Positions 44,638 through 53,889 of a DNA stretch of 64,000 nt are shown piece by piece. A model generated the notes under the pieces. That model saw nothing but the letters and a program-made list of their open reading frames with translations, was not told where the DNA came from and made no database searches. The position numbers and the translations under genes were made by a program. The DNA lies in the IMG/VR virus record IMGVR_UViG_3300044513_001424; one strand, written 5' to 3'. Position 1 is the stretch's first letter, and every line of letters starts with the position of its first letter. The DNA is from an uncultured virus (IMG/VR IMGVR_UViG_3300044513_001424). Lineage: Duplodnaviria; Heunggongvirae; Uroviricota; Caudoviricetes.

Positions 44638-47138
44638 GGTTTTATACCAACGTCTTTCAAATTGGAAATGATATCCTCGTAAGGGGATATGAAAATGGAA
44701 GACACTTTAGTGATAGGGAAGAATTCTATCCCACTTTCTATGTTCCCACCAAAGGTAAAAAGTCTGGATGGAAGACTCTTGATGGCACTAATGTAGAACC
44801 CGTAAAACCTGGTACAATCCGAGATTGTAGAGAATTCCTGGACAAGTATTCCTCTGTTCAGGGATTTTCTGTATTTGGCAATGAACGGTATGTTCACCAG
44901 TACATCTCGGAAAAGTACCCTGAAGATGAGATTAAGTTTGATGCTAATCACATTAAACTTTTTACCATTGACATTGAGGTTGCGGCTGAGAGTGGATTCC
45001 CTGATGTGTTTAACTGTGCGGAAGAGTTGCTCCTGATTACCATTCAGGACTACTCCACTAAGCAAGTTATTACTTTTGGTTCTCGTCCGTATGCAAATAC
45101 TGATCGTGATAACTTCAAGTATGTCCTCTGTGGTTCTGAAACTGAACTGATCATGACCTTCTTGGATTGGTGGCAAGCCAATACTCCAGAAGTTATCACT
45201 GGTTGGAACTGTGAACTGTACGATATTCCGTACCTTGTGGGTCGTGTTGAACGTCTCATGGGTGAGAAGACTGCCAAGAAGTTCTCTCCGTGGGGTATCG
45301 TCAGGAAGAATGATATTGTCATCTCTGGCCGCAAACAGATCTCATATGAACTTGCAGGTATTTCTGTAATCGATTATCTGGATCTGTATAAGAAGTCTCC
45401 TGCGACTCCTAACCAAGAGAGTTATCGACTGGATCATATTGCTAACGTAGAACTTGGTTCTCGCAAGTTGGATCACTCGGAGTATGATACTTTCCGAGAG
45501 TTCTATACTAAAGCATGGGATAAGTTTGTTGACTATAACATCGTTGACGTGGAACTGGTTGACAAACTTGAGGATAAGCTTAAGTTGATTGACTTGTGCT
45601 TCACCCGTGCTTATGATGCTAAGGTGAACTTCAGTGATATCGCCTATCAGGTTCGTACCTGGGACGCTATCATTTACAATTATCTCAAGAAACAAAAGAT
45701 TGTAATCCCACAAAAGGAAAGGAATCAAAAAGATGAGAAGTATGCTGGTGCTTACGTTAAAGAACCTAAGCCTGGAGTTTATGACTGGGTGGTCTCTTTT
45801 GACCTCAACTCCCTATACCCTCACCTCATTATGCAATACAACATCTCGCCAGAGACATTGCTGGAACAGAAGCATCCATCTGCAACCGTAGACAAACTTC
45901 TCAATCGGGAACTTACTTTTGAGATGTACAGTGATTACGCTGTGTGTGCAAACGGTGCAATGTTCCGAAAGGACGTGAAGGGATTCCTACCTGAACTGAT
46001 GGAGAAGATGTATAACGAACGTGTTATCTTCAAGAAACGGATGCTCAAGGCAAAACAGGAGTATGAGAAAACTAAGAACCCTGATTTGATTAAAGAAATC
46101 GCAAGGTGTAACAATGTCCAGATGGCTAAGAAGATTGCACTCAACTCTGCTTATGGTGCAATCGGTAATCAGTATTTCCGTTACTACAAACTGGCCAATG
46201 CGGAAGCGATTACGCTTTCTGGTCAAGTCTCTATCCGTTGGATTGAGAATAAGATGAATCACAGGATGAATAAAATCCTCAAGACTGAAGGTGTTGATTA
46301 TGTTATTGCTTCTGATACCGATTCCATTTATCTTCATATGGGTCCTTTGGTTGAAGCTGTATACAAAGGAAGAGAGAAAACTACTGAAGGCATTGTCTCG
46401 TTCCTTAATAAGATCTGTGAGGTGGAACTTGAGCCGTATATTGACCGTTCTTACAAAGAACTGGCCGACTACGTGAACGCCTACGATCAGAAGATGTTCA
46501 TGAAACGTGAGAACATTGCTGATCGTGGTATCTGGACTGCCAAGAAACGATACATTCTTAATGTCTGGGACAGTGAGGGTGTTCGGTACAATGAACCTAA
46601 ACTCAAGATCATGGGTATTGAGGCAATCAAAACCTCAACCCCTGCACCTTGCCGCAAGTTCCTGAGGGATGCTTTCGGACTTCTGATGTCTGGTACTGAA
46701 GATGAGATGATTGATTTCATTGAACAGTGCAGAAAAGATTTTTATTCACTTCCACCACAAGACATTGCTTTCCCCCGTAGTGTCTCGAATATTAACAAGT
46801 GGAAGTCCTCTGCTGACATGTACAACAAAGGTTGTCCTATCCACGTTAGGGGAGCGATCCTTTATAATTACTGGACTAAACAAAAACAACTAGATAATAA
46901 GTATCAAGCAATTCAAAGTGGAGAGAAGATCAAGTTCTGCTACTTGAAAACTCCCAATCCCATCAGGGAAAATGTGATGTCATTTATTCAAGACTTTCCA
47001 AAGGAACTTGGATTGGATAAGTATATTGATTATGAATTGCAGTTCAATAAATCTTTCATTGAACCTATCAAGGTTATTCTTGATTGTATTGGATGGGAGG
47101 TTGAGCGTAAGAATACTTTGGAGTCTTTCTTTGTATGA
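44634..47138 (+). CDS. gp43: Family B DNA polymerase
   Basis: DIE exonuclease motif, SFDLNSLYP, KIALNSAYG, SDTDS, KKRY. Confidence 0.98.
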   Translation: MRFYTNVFQIGNDILVRGYENGRHFSDREEFYPTFYVPTKGKKSGWKTLDGTNVEPVKPGTIRDCREFLDKYSSVQGFSVFGNERYVHQYISEKYPEDEIKFDANHIKLFTIDIEVAAESGFPDVFNCAEELLLITIQDYSTKQVITFGSRPYANTDRDNFKYVLCGSETELIMTFLDWWQANTPEVITGWNCELYDIPYLVGRVERLMGEKTAKKFSPWGIVRKNDIVISGRKQISYELAGISVIDYLDLYKKSPATPNQESYRLDHIANVELGSRKLDHSEYDTFREFYTKAWDKFVDYNIVDVELVDKLEDKLKLIDLCFTRAYDAKVNFSDIAYQVRTWDAIIYNYLKKQKIVIPQKERNQKDEKYAGAYVKEPKPGVYDWVVSFDLNSLYPHLIMQYNISPETLLEQKHPSATVDKLLNRELTFEMYSDYAVCANGAMFRKDVKGFLPELMEKMYNERVIFKKRMLKAKQEYEKTKNPDLIKEIARCNNVQMAKKIALNSAYGAIGNQYFRYYKLANAEAITLSGQVSIRWIENKMNHRMNKILKTEGVDYVIASDTDSIYLHMGPLVEAVYKGREKTTEGIVSFLNKICEVELEPYIDRSYKELADYVNAYDQKMFMKRENIADRGIWTAKKRYILNVWDSEGVRYNEPKLKIMGIEAIKTSTPAPCRKFLRDAFGLLMSGTEDEMIDFIEQCRKDFYSLPPQDIAFPRSVSNINKWKSSADMYNKGCPIHVRGAILYNYWTKQKQLDNKYQAIQSGEKIKFCYLKTPNPIRENVMSFIQDFPKELGLDKYIDYELQFNKSFIEPIKVILDCIGWEVERKNTLESFFV

Positions 47139-47296
47139 TTAAGTATTGTATTTCCTGGTCTAACGATGGATTCTTCCGTGAGGATGATGTCAAAATCTTC
47201 GAGAGTTATGAGACCGCTAGGTGGTTTCTTAAGGACATAAAGACACAAGGATATTCTTATGTTAGAATGTTTGAAGCGGAGGTAGATTATCCATGA
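47135..47296 (+). CDS. Small hypothetical protein (53 aa, not in ORF track)
   Basis: MIKYCISWSNDGFFREDDVKIFESYETARWF...; ATGA-coupled to both neighbours. Confidence 0.6.
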   Translation: MIKYCISWSNDGFFREDDVKIFESYETARWFLKDIKTQGYSYVRMFEAEVDYP

Positions 47297-47751
47297 AGAG
47301 AATTATTACATTGGTCACTGGAGGGTTTGATCCCATTCACAGTGGACATATTGCATACTTTAAAAAAGCCAGGGATCTCACAAATTACCTTGTCGTTGGT
47401 CTGAATACTAACGAGTGGTTGAAGGATAAGAAGGGACAGTATTTCCAAGACTGGAAAGAACGTGCCGAGATTATTCGACATTTGGAAATGGTGGACGCAG
47501 TTATCACAGTTCCATATGATGAGAAAGGATCCGCTTGCGGTGCTATTGAAGCTTGTTTAGAGATTGCACAGACTGTAGTCTTTGCTAATGGTGGAGACAG
47601 GGGTAAAGACAATACTCCAGAGGTTGACATGTATGGTGATGATCCTAGAGTAGAGTTTGAATATGGTATTGGTGGAACTGATAAATTGAATAGTAGTTCT
47701 TGGTTACTCCACGATTACTTTAATAGACAGAGAAAAATTCTTGGCATATGA
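47293..47751 (+). CDS. Cytidylyltransferase-family nucleotidyltransferase
   Basis: TGGFDPIHSGH, FANGGDR, NSSSW. Confidence 0.85.
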   Translation: MKRIITLVTGGFDPIHSGHIAYFKKARDLTNYLVVGLNTNEWLKDKKGQYFQDWKERAEIIRHLEMVDAVITVPYDEKGSACGAIEACLEIAQTVVFANGGDRGKDNTPEVDMYGDDPRVEFEYGIGGTDKLNSSSWLLHDYFNRQRKILGI

Positions 47752-48410
47752 GTGATCTTGATTTAGTTTGGGAACCATTAGAACTTCCCAATATTGAGTT
47801 ATATCAAACTAAACTTTCCGAAGATATTATGGAGTATCTTTGGAAAAGAATTGAAATATCAAAGGAAGTGAACATTGACTGGAGAGATAGACTCGCTGGT
47901 CAAATTTCTTGCAGCCTGCATCTTCAGGACAAGGATGATTATTTCATGGATAAGGTTTTATTTCCTATTGCTAAACATATGATTGATGGAAACCCAGGTG
48001 TTTTTGGTCCACAATTTCATAGTAGTTTTAATGAAGAAAAATTGGATATCAAGAGTCAGATGACCTGGTGGGTTAACTTTCAAAAGCAATTGGAGTTTAA
48101 TCCACAACATATCCACACTGGTGTTTTGTCATTTGTTATTTGGATGAAGATTCCTACTGACTGGAGAGAACAACACGAACTTCCTTTCTGTCAAGGTACT
48201 GGTGGTCCTGCTGCATCTGATTTCCAGTTTCTCTATACAGATATCATAGGCAATCATCAGGATTATACTATTCCCATGGATAAAAGTAAGGAAGGAACTA
48301 TGGTTGTTTTCCCTGCAAAGCTGGGACATGCAGTATTTCCCTTCTATAATTGTGATGAAGAACGTATCTCCATTGCTGGAAATGTACTTTGGAATGTTGT
48401 GTCACGATGA
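47748..48410 (+). CDS. Putative 2OG-Fe(II) oxygenase (TIGR02466-like)
   Basis: WVNFQ..EFNPQHIH, SFVIW, FPAKLGHAVFP, RISIAGN. Confidence 0.78.
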   Translation: MSDLDLVWEPLELPNIELYQTKLSEDIMEYLWKRIEISKEVNIDWRDRLAGQISCSLHLQDKDDYFMDKVLFPIAKHMIDGNPGVFGPQFHSSFNEEKLDIKSQMTWWVNFQKQLEFNPQHIHTGVLSFVIWMKIPTDWREQHELPFCQGTGGPAASDFQFLYTDIIGNHQDYTIPMDKSKEGTMVVFPAKLGHAVFPFYNCDEERISIAGNVLWNVVSR

Positions 48411-49027
48411 AATATCAATTTCTCAATCCCTTTGGACCGAATATCTTAAAACTTAAGTGTCCAGATTATCTACTATCTGGATTGAATCGGTATACTGAGG
48501 CACCAGAGTCGGAAAAGTATCGTGTTTCTTCTGATCTCTTGGAACGAGAGATGGATGTTAGATACTTGACTGAGAGTTTTTGTAAGTCTGTGGGACTTAC
48601 TGAGTTTGTTGAATCCGCTGGTGAACTTTATATTGATTTGGTGCCTGAAGAGATACCTAAATTAGTATTGGGTGTTGTACCTCCTATAGACACTCGGTTC
48701 AAGGCTAGTGAATCTATTGCTGACGTGTGGATCAATAGATATTATTCTGGAAGTTTCACACCAATTCATGTACACTCTGCCAGCTTGTCTGGTATAATAA
48801 TATTAAAAGTACCCAATAAACCTGGTGACCTTAGTTTCATTCATGGAAATTATCTTCCCTGGGTTAAGAGTGAATGGTGTCCAGATCAGGAGGTTGGAGA
48901 TGTAATTCTATTTCCTAGTTGGCTTCAACACTTGGTTATGCCACAAAGTCACGATGATGAGAGGAGAACCTTGAGTTTCAATCTCATTGAACCAAAAGTT
49001 TATTCTGAACGAAAGGAGTTGTTTTAA
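48407..49027 (+). CDS. Putative 2OG-Fe(II) oxygenase (TIGR02466-like)
   Basis: WINRY...PIHVH, LFPSWLQHLV, RRTLSFN. Confidence 0.78.
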   Translation: MKYQFLNPFGPNILKLKCPDYLLSGLNRYTEAPESEKYRVSSDLLEREMDVRYLTESFCKSVGLTEFVESAGELYIDLVPEEIPKLVLGVVPPIDTRFKASESIADVWINRYYSGSFTPIHVHSASLSGIIILKVPNKPGDLSFIHGNYLPWVKSEWCPDQEVGDVILFPSWLQHLVMPQSHDDERRTLSFNLIEPKVYSERKELF

Positions 49028-49030
49028 GTT

Positions 49031-50032
49031 ATGGATTTTTTGAAAGATATTGCTAAAGAGATTGGTGGAGAGTATACCCAACTCGCAGCGGACATTGATG
49101 AAAATGAAGAGTATGTTGACACGGGTTCGTACATTTTTAACGCACTGGTCTCTGGTAGTATTTTTGGCGGTGTATCTCGCAATAAGATTACTGCTATTGC
49201 TGGAGAGTCTTCTACTGGAAAGACTTTCTTCAGCCTCGCCGTTGTTAAGAATTTTCTTGATTCCAATCCCGATGGGTATTGTCTCTATTTTGATACTGAG
49301 GCAGCTATTAATAAGTCCCTACTTGAATCTAGGGGTATTGATCTCACCCGTCTGGTAGTTGTGAATGTTGTTACAGTTGAAGAATTTAGAGGTAAAGCCT
49401 TAAAGGCAGTAGATATATACTTAAAAAAACCTGTCGATGAACGCAAACCTTGTATGTTTGTGTTAGACTCCTTAGGAATGCTTTCCACTGAAAAGGAGAT
49501 TACTGACGCACTCAACGACAAACAAGTCCGCGATATGACCAAATCTCAGTTGGTCAAAGGTGCTTTCAGGATGTTGACCTTGAAGTTGGGACAGGCAAAC
49601 ATTCCCATGATTGTCACTAATCACACCTACGATGTCATTGGCGCTTACGTTCCTACTAAAGAGATGGGCGGTGGTAGCGGTCTTAAGTACGCTGCCTCTA
49701 CCATCATTCATCTTGGCAAGAAGAAAGAAAAGGATGGAACAGAAGTCATTGGAAACATTATCAAGGCAAAGACTGCTAAGTCGCGTTTGAGTAAAGAAGA
49801 GAAGACTGTTGAGATTCGTTTGTTCTATGATGAACGTGGTCTTGATAGATACTATGGTCTCCTAGAATTGGGGGAGATTGGAGGACTTTGGAAAAACGTT
49901 GCAGGTCGTTATGAATTTAATGGGAAAAAGATCTACGCAAAACAAATCCTGGCAGCGCCCGAGACTTACTTTACGGATGATGTTATGGAAAAACTTGATG
50001 AGATTGCAAGAACAACCTTTGCGTATGGATAG
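49031..50032 (+). CDS. uvsX: RecA-like recombinase UvsX
   Basis: AGESSTGKT, FDTE, LDSLG, NHTY, MGGGSG. Confidence 0.95.
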   Translation: MDFLKDIAKEIGGEYTQLAADIDENEEYVDTGSYIFNALVSGSIFGGVSRNKITAIAGESSTGKTFFSLAVVKNFLDSNPDGYCLYFDTEAAINKSLLESRGIDLTRLVVVNVVTVEEFRGKALKAVDIYLKKPVDERKPCMFVLDSLGMLSTEKEITDALNDKQVRDMTKSQLVKGAFRMLTLKLGQANIPMIVTNHTYDVIGAYVPTKEMGGGSGLKYAASTIIHLGKKKEKDGTEVIGNIIKAKTAKSRLSKEEKTVEIRLFYDERGLDRYYGLLELGEIGGLWKNVAGRYEFNGKKIYAKQILAAPETYFTDDVMEKLDEIARTTFAYG

Positions 50033-50570
50033 TTTTATCCGTACATGTGAGGTATTTGATGAAATTACTTGTAAGACTCTTATTGACATCTTTGAATCTT
50101 CCGAGAACAAAGAGCGGGTAGAGAACTTTGGGAGACCAAACTTTACTCAGGTCAATTTGAATGCTGAGGGAAAGTACAGTAAGTTCATTCAAGTTCTCTG
50201 TTATAAGTTCGCAGACGTTCTTAAGGAATATAAGAAACATCTACCAGAGTATGTTGAGTGGTTTCCTCACAAAATATACTTTGAGGAACTTAGAATCAAA
50301 AAGTATGAGCCTGACACGGATGACATGTTTGATTTGCATGTTGACGTTCAGGATCATTCATCTGCAAAAAGATATTTGTCTTTCCTTTGCTATCTAAATG
50401 ATAGTTTCTTCGGTGGAGAGACAGACTTTCCCTATAATAAATTGACAGTACAACCAAAAACTGGTACAGTACTAGTCTTCCCCCCAACCTGGCAATATCC
50501 CCATCGGGGACTGCCAGTAAAGGAAGGTGATCCGAAGTACATTTTGAGTACATACTTGCATTATAGTTGA
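50025..50570 (+). CDS. 2OG-Fe(II) oxygenase
   Basis: HVD, YLNDSFFGGETDF, FPPTWQYPHRG, KY; ATG 50025 preferred over the track start inside uvsX. Confidence 0.85.
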   Translation: MDSFIRTCEVFDEITCKTLIDIFESSENKERVENFGRPNFTQVNLNAEGKYSKFIQVLCYKFADVLKEYKKHLPEYVEWFPHKIYFEELRIKKYEPDTDDMFDLHVDVQDHSSAKRYLSFLCYLNDSFFGGETDFPYNKLTVQPKTGTVLVFPPTWQYPHRGLPVKEGDPKYILSTYLHYS

Positions 50571-51949
50571 TGGAATCTATCGAGCACTCGGTTATAAAAA
50601 ACCTCATCCTAAATGAGGAATACACTAGGAGAGTTCTTCCTTTCATCAAATCGGAATACTTTGACAATACTTGTGAGAAAGTTTTGTTTGAGGAGTGTTC
50701 TAAGTTTATTCAGAACTACAACAAATGCGCCACAAAAGAGGTTCTGAGTATTGAATGTGAAAAGAGAACTGATCTCAATGATGAAACATATAAGGACATC
50801 GTTGAGTATCTCGAAAGTATGGATGATGATCAGTCCAATTCGGATTGGTTGTTAGATACTACTGAGAAGTGGTGTCGGGATCGTGCTATATACCTAGCTC
50901 TTGTTGAAAGTATCTCTATTGCGGATGGTAACAACGACAAGAAAAATGTAGATGCTATTCCAACAATTCTTTCAAATGCCTTAGCAGTCAGTTTTGATAA
51001 CCACGTAGGACATGACTATCTCCAAGACTATTCGGAACGGTATGATTTCTACCACCAAAAAGAAGAAAAGATTCCTTTCGACCTTGAGTTCTTCAATAAG
51101 ATCACAAAAGGTGGTCTCCCGAATAAGACTCTCAACATCGCTCTTGCTGGTACTGGCGTCGGAAAAAGTCTTTTCATGTGCCATGTTGCTGCTTCCGTTC
51201 TCCTTTCGGGACGGAACGTTCTGTATATCACGGCTGAAATGGCTGAGGAAAAAATTGCAGAGAGAATCGACGCTAATCTTCTCAACATCCCAGTCCAACA
51301 ATTGACGGAAGTTCCCCGTCAAATGTTTGAGAATAAAGTAACAAATCTCGCAAAGAAGACTCAAGGGACCCTAATTATTAAAGAGTATCCCACGGCCTCT
51401 TCTCATGTTGGTCACTTTAGGGCACTTCTTAACGAACTTGCACTTAAGAAGTCATTCAGACCTGATATTATTTTCGTTGATTACCTTAATATATGTGCTT
51501 CCGAGAGGTATCGCGCAAACAGCTCTGTCAATTCATATAGCTATATTAAGGCTATTGCAGAAGAGCTTAGAGGGTTGGCTTGCGAAGCCCAGGTCCCTAT
51601 CGTATCTGCCACCCAGACCACTCGTTCTGGTTATAGTAACAGTGATGTTGACCTTACTGACACTTCTGAGTCCTTTGGTCTCCCTGCTACTGCTGATCTT
51701 ATGTTTGCCCTTATTAGCACTGAAGAACTTGAGCAGTTAGGTCAAATCATGGTGAAACAGTTAAAGAACCGATACAACGATCCAACGATGAACAAAAGGT
51801 TTGTTATTGGTATCGATCGTGCAAAAATGAAGTTGTACGATTGTGAACAGAGTGCTCAGAATGATATTCTTGACAGTGGTCAGGATGAAGAGTATAATTA
51901 CGAAGAAGACAAAAAATCCAAGAACAAATTCGCAACCCTGAATTTCTAA
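50570..51949 (+). CDS. gp41: Replicative DNA helicase
   Basis: AGTGVGKS, EMAEE, VDYLNI, SATQTTR, SESFGLP, QLKNRY. Confidence 0.96.
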   Translation: MESIEHSVIKNLILNEEYTRRVLPFIKSEYFDNTCEKVLFEECSKFIQNYNKCATKEVLSIECEKRTDLNDETYKDIVEYLESMDDDQSNSDWLLDTTEKWCRDRAIYLALVESISIADGNNDKKNVDAIPTILSNALAVSFDNHVGHDYLQDYSERYDFYHQKEEKIPFDLEFFNKITKGGLPNKTLNIALAGTGVGKSLFMCHVAASVLLSGRNVLYITAEMAEEKIAERIDANLLNIPVQQLTEVPRQMFENKVTNLAKKTQGTLIIKEYPTASSHVGHFRALLNELALKKSFRPDIIFVDYLNICASERYRANSSVNSYSYIKAIAEELRGLACEAQVPIVSATQTTRSGYSNSDVDLTDTSESFGLPATADLMFALISTEELEQLGQIMVKQLKNRYNDPTMNKRFVIGIDRAKMKLYDCEQSAQNDILDSGQDEEYNYEEDKKSKNKFATLNF

Positions 51950-51950
51950 T

Positions 51951-52355
51951 ATGACTATTGATTTTAAGCGTTACCAAACTTTTGTAGATGCGGTAACCTC
52001 TGAAGCTTCTACTGATTTCCTTGCTTTGTCTGATCGTCTGGTTGAACTGGATGAGAAGGGTGCAAACATCGAACGTCTTTTGACTGCAGGTGTTGGTATC
52101 AATGCTGAGGGTGGTGAGTTTCTTGAGATTATCAAGAAGATGATTTTTCAAGGCAAACCCTTCAATGAAGCAAACCGTGAACATATGATCATTGAACTTG
52201 GTGATCTTATGTGGTATGTCGCACAAGCCTGCATGGCTCTTGAGGTTGATTTTGATGAGGTAATTGCAACTAACGTTAAGAAACTTGAGAAGCGTTATCC
52301 TGGTGGGTCTTTTGATGTGTACTACTCTGAGAATCGTGTTGAGGGAGATCTCTGA
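51951..52355 (+). CDS. mazG: MazG-like NTP pyrophosphohydrolase
   Basis: AEGGEFLEIIKK, ELGDLMWY, NVKKLEKRYP. Confidence 0.9.
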   Translation: MTIDFKRYQTFVDAVTSEASTDFLALSDRLVELDEKGANIERLLTAGVGINAEGGEFLEIIKKMIFQGKPFNEANREHMIIELGDLMWYVAQACMALEVDFDEVIATNVKKLEKRYPGGSFDVYYSENRVEGDL

Positions 52356-52540
52356 TGATTAATATTGAAATGAGTGCAAGAACTGCCGCAGCAGTTTTGC
52401 AAGTTCTTTCCAAAGAACAAGAACGATATACCACGGATGGTTTCTGTGTTCCAGAACGAATTACAGATATCAGAGGAGTTATGGTTAGTATTAGTGAACA
52501 AATTGAGGCTGAACTAAAGAATGAAACTACTGACACTTGA
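52355..52540 (+). CDS. Hypothetical protein
   Basis: Start overlaps the mazG stop codon. Confidence 0.55.
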   Translation: MINIEMSARTAAAVLQVLSKEQERYTTDGFCVPERITDIRGVMVSISEQIEAELKNETTDT

Positions 52541-52733
52541 AGATTACCAAAAGGCAGGAGAAACATTCTGGCCTAAGTATTGGTATGTTGCCAAAGAATT
52601 GGGTGAAGGTTCTAAACCAGAAGACATCCTAAAGGTCATGGAAGCAGTTGGTGGTGTTGCTCTGAAACTTGCATTAGAAGAGAAAGAGGCACCTTTTGGA
52701 TTTAATAAGAAGTCCAAAGAAGAAGAGGACTAA
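52521..52733 (+). CDS. Conserved hypothetical protein
   Basis: FWPKYWYVAKELG..PEDILKVME. Confidence 0.65.
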   Translation: MKLLTLEDYQKAGETFWPKYWYVAKELGEGSKPEDILKVMEAVGGVALKLALEEKEAPFGFNKKSKEEED

Positions 52734-52757
52734 TAAATACCCCCGTAAGGGGGTTTT
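52732..52757 (+). terminator. Late promoter overlapped by terminator hairpin
   Basis: AATAAATA followed by accccc-gtaa-gggggt plus ttt. Confidence 0.65.
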
Positions 52758-52760
52758 CTT

Positions 52761-53858
52761 ATGGCTAAGTTAAACGAAGGCGACGTAATGGAAGGCATCT
52801 TTGCCATTTGCCTTGCCGACATTTTTGCACATAATAGCATTAATAAAGGAAATGTCAACAAAATTAGAAGAGACATTGATCCAAAACTTTTTAGAGACGG
52901 TAGTTTCAGTAAAGAAGTTTGGAGAGTTAAAGATGGATCTCCGAAGGATAATATCGGAGTCACTTTAAATATGAGATTGAAGTATAACTCTACTTTTGAA
53001 GCCTTTGGTGCAAACTACGAACCCTTATATGAATCTAGTAATGACATTGGTAACCTAGACAAGAAGATTAATACCCTGGTTTCGTATGTCAATACACACT
53101 ATGCCTCTAAGGTGAGGAGAGTAAAGGATACTTACTTAAAGAATAATCAAGCTGATGAAGTTAATATTGTAATCAATGCTGATGGGATTGCTGGTGAGTC
53201 ATCTGGTGGAAACATCAAAGGGGATTTGATGGTAACAGTATTCATCAATGGACTTAGACAAATGGATACTGAAATGGTATTCTCTTTGAAGTCTGGTAGT
53301 AAAACACTAGCTAACCTGAGTCCTTATAATGGTATGAAAGATGTTATTGGTAGGTTTGGGGTTCAACTTGACTCTGATGATGATATAAAATTTACAAATT
53401 ATCTTGGTGATCAACTTAAACAGGCTAAAACTCCTCATGAAAAGAAGCTCAAGGTTAAGTTGATCAATGAAATGTATGGTAAAATGTTGAAAGGAATAAA
53501 GGATCAACCAAAGACGGGTCCATTTGTTGCTGCAGCATTTAAACTTTTTAGAGACGTTACTTTCGGTGAGGATTTGGCAGACGTTGTTGATATCGATAAG
53601 ACTAAGATTAAAGAAATGATCCCAGAGTACATTGATAAACTAGAACAAGAAACTACAAGTATTAAAACAGTAATGAAACCAGCACACGGAAAAGGTTCTA
53701 ATGTTACTTTAAAGTTTCATATGATGCCTTCTGATAAGGAATTATTTCAGTTGAGATTCAAACAGAGAGTAGATGGGTTGGGGGATGATTTTAAAATTAA
53801 GGAATTGAAATTCTATGTTGAAGCAGGCGCTGGTGCTTATGCGCCAAAACTAAAATAA
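52761..53858 (+). CDS. Hypothetical protein, possible PD-(D/E)xK-like nuclease fold
   Basis: NEGDVMEG...KGDL...FSLK spacing. Confidence 0.55.
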   Translation: MAKLNEGDVMEGIFAICLADIFAHNSINKGNVNKIRRDIDPKLFRDGSFSKEVWRVKDGSPKDNIGVTLNMRLKYNSTFEAFGANYEPLYESSNDIGNLDKKINTLVSYVNTHYASKVRRVKDTYLKNNQADEVNIVINADGIAGESSGGNIKGDLMVTVFINGLRQMDTEMVFSLKSGSKTLANLSPYNGMKDVIGRFGVQLDSDDDIKFTNYLGDQLKQAKTPHEKKLKVKLINEMYGKMLKGIKDQPKTGPFVAAAFKLFRDVTFGEDLADVVDIDKTKIKEMIPEYIDKLEQETTSIKTVMKPAHGKGSNVTLKFHMMPSDKELFQLRFKQRVDGLGDDFKIKELKFYVEAGAGAYAPKLK

Positions 53859-53889
53859 TAAATACTAGTATCGGAGAGTACTATTAGTA

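Noticed and set aside
49878..50024. N-terminal extension of the oxygenase ORF overlapping uvsX
   Set aside because: ATG at 50025 gives a typical short overlap and a complete domain
15749..51949. Introns or inteins in gp17, gp20, gp23, gp43 or gp41
   Set aside because: All are uninterrupted, of typical length, with no splicing motifs seen
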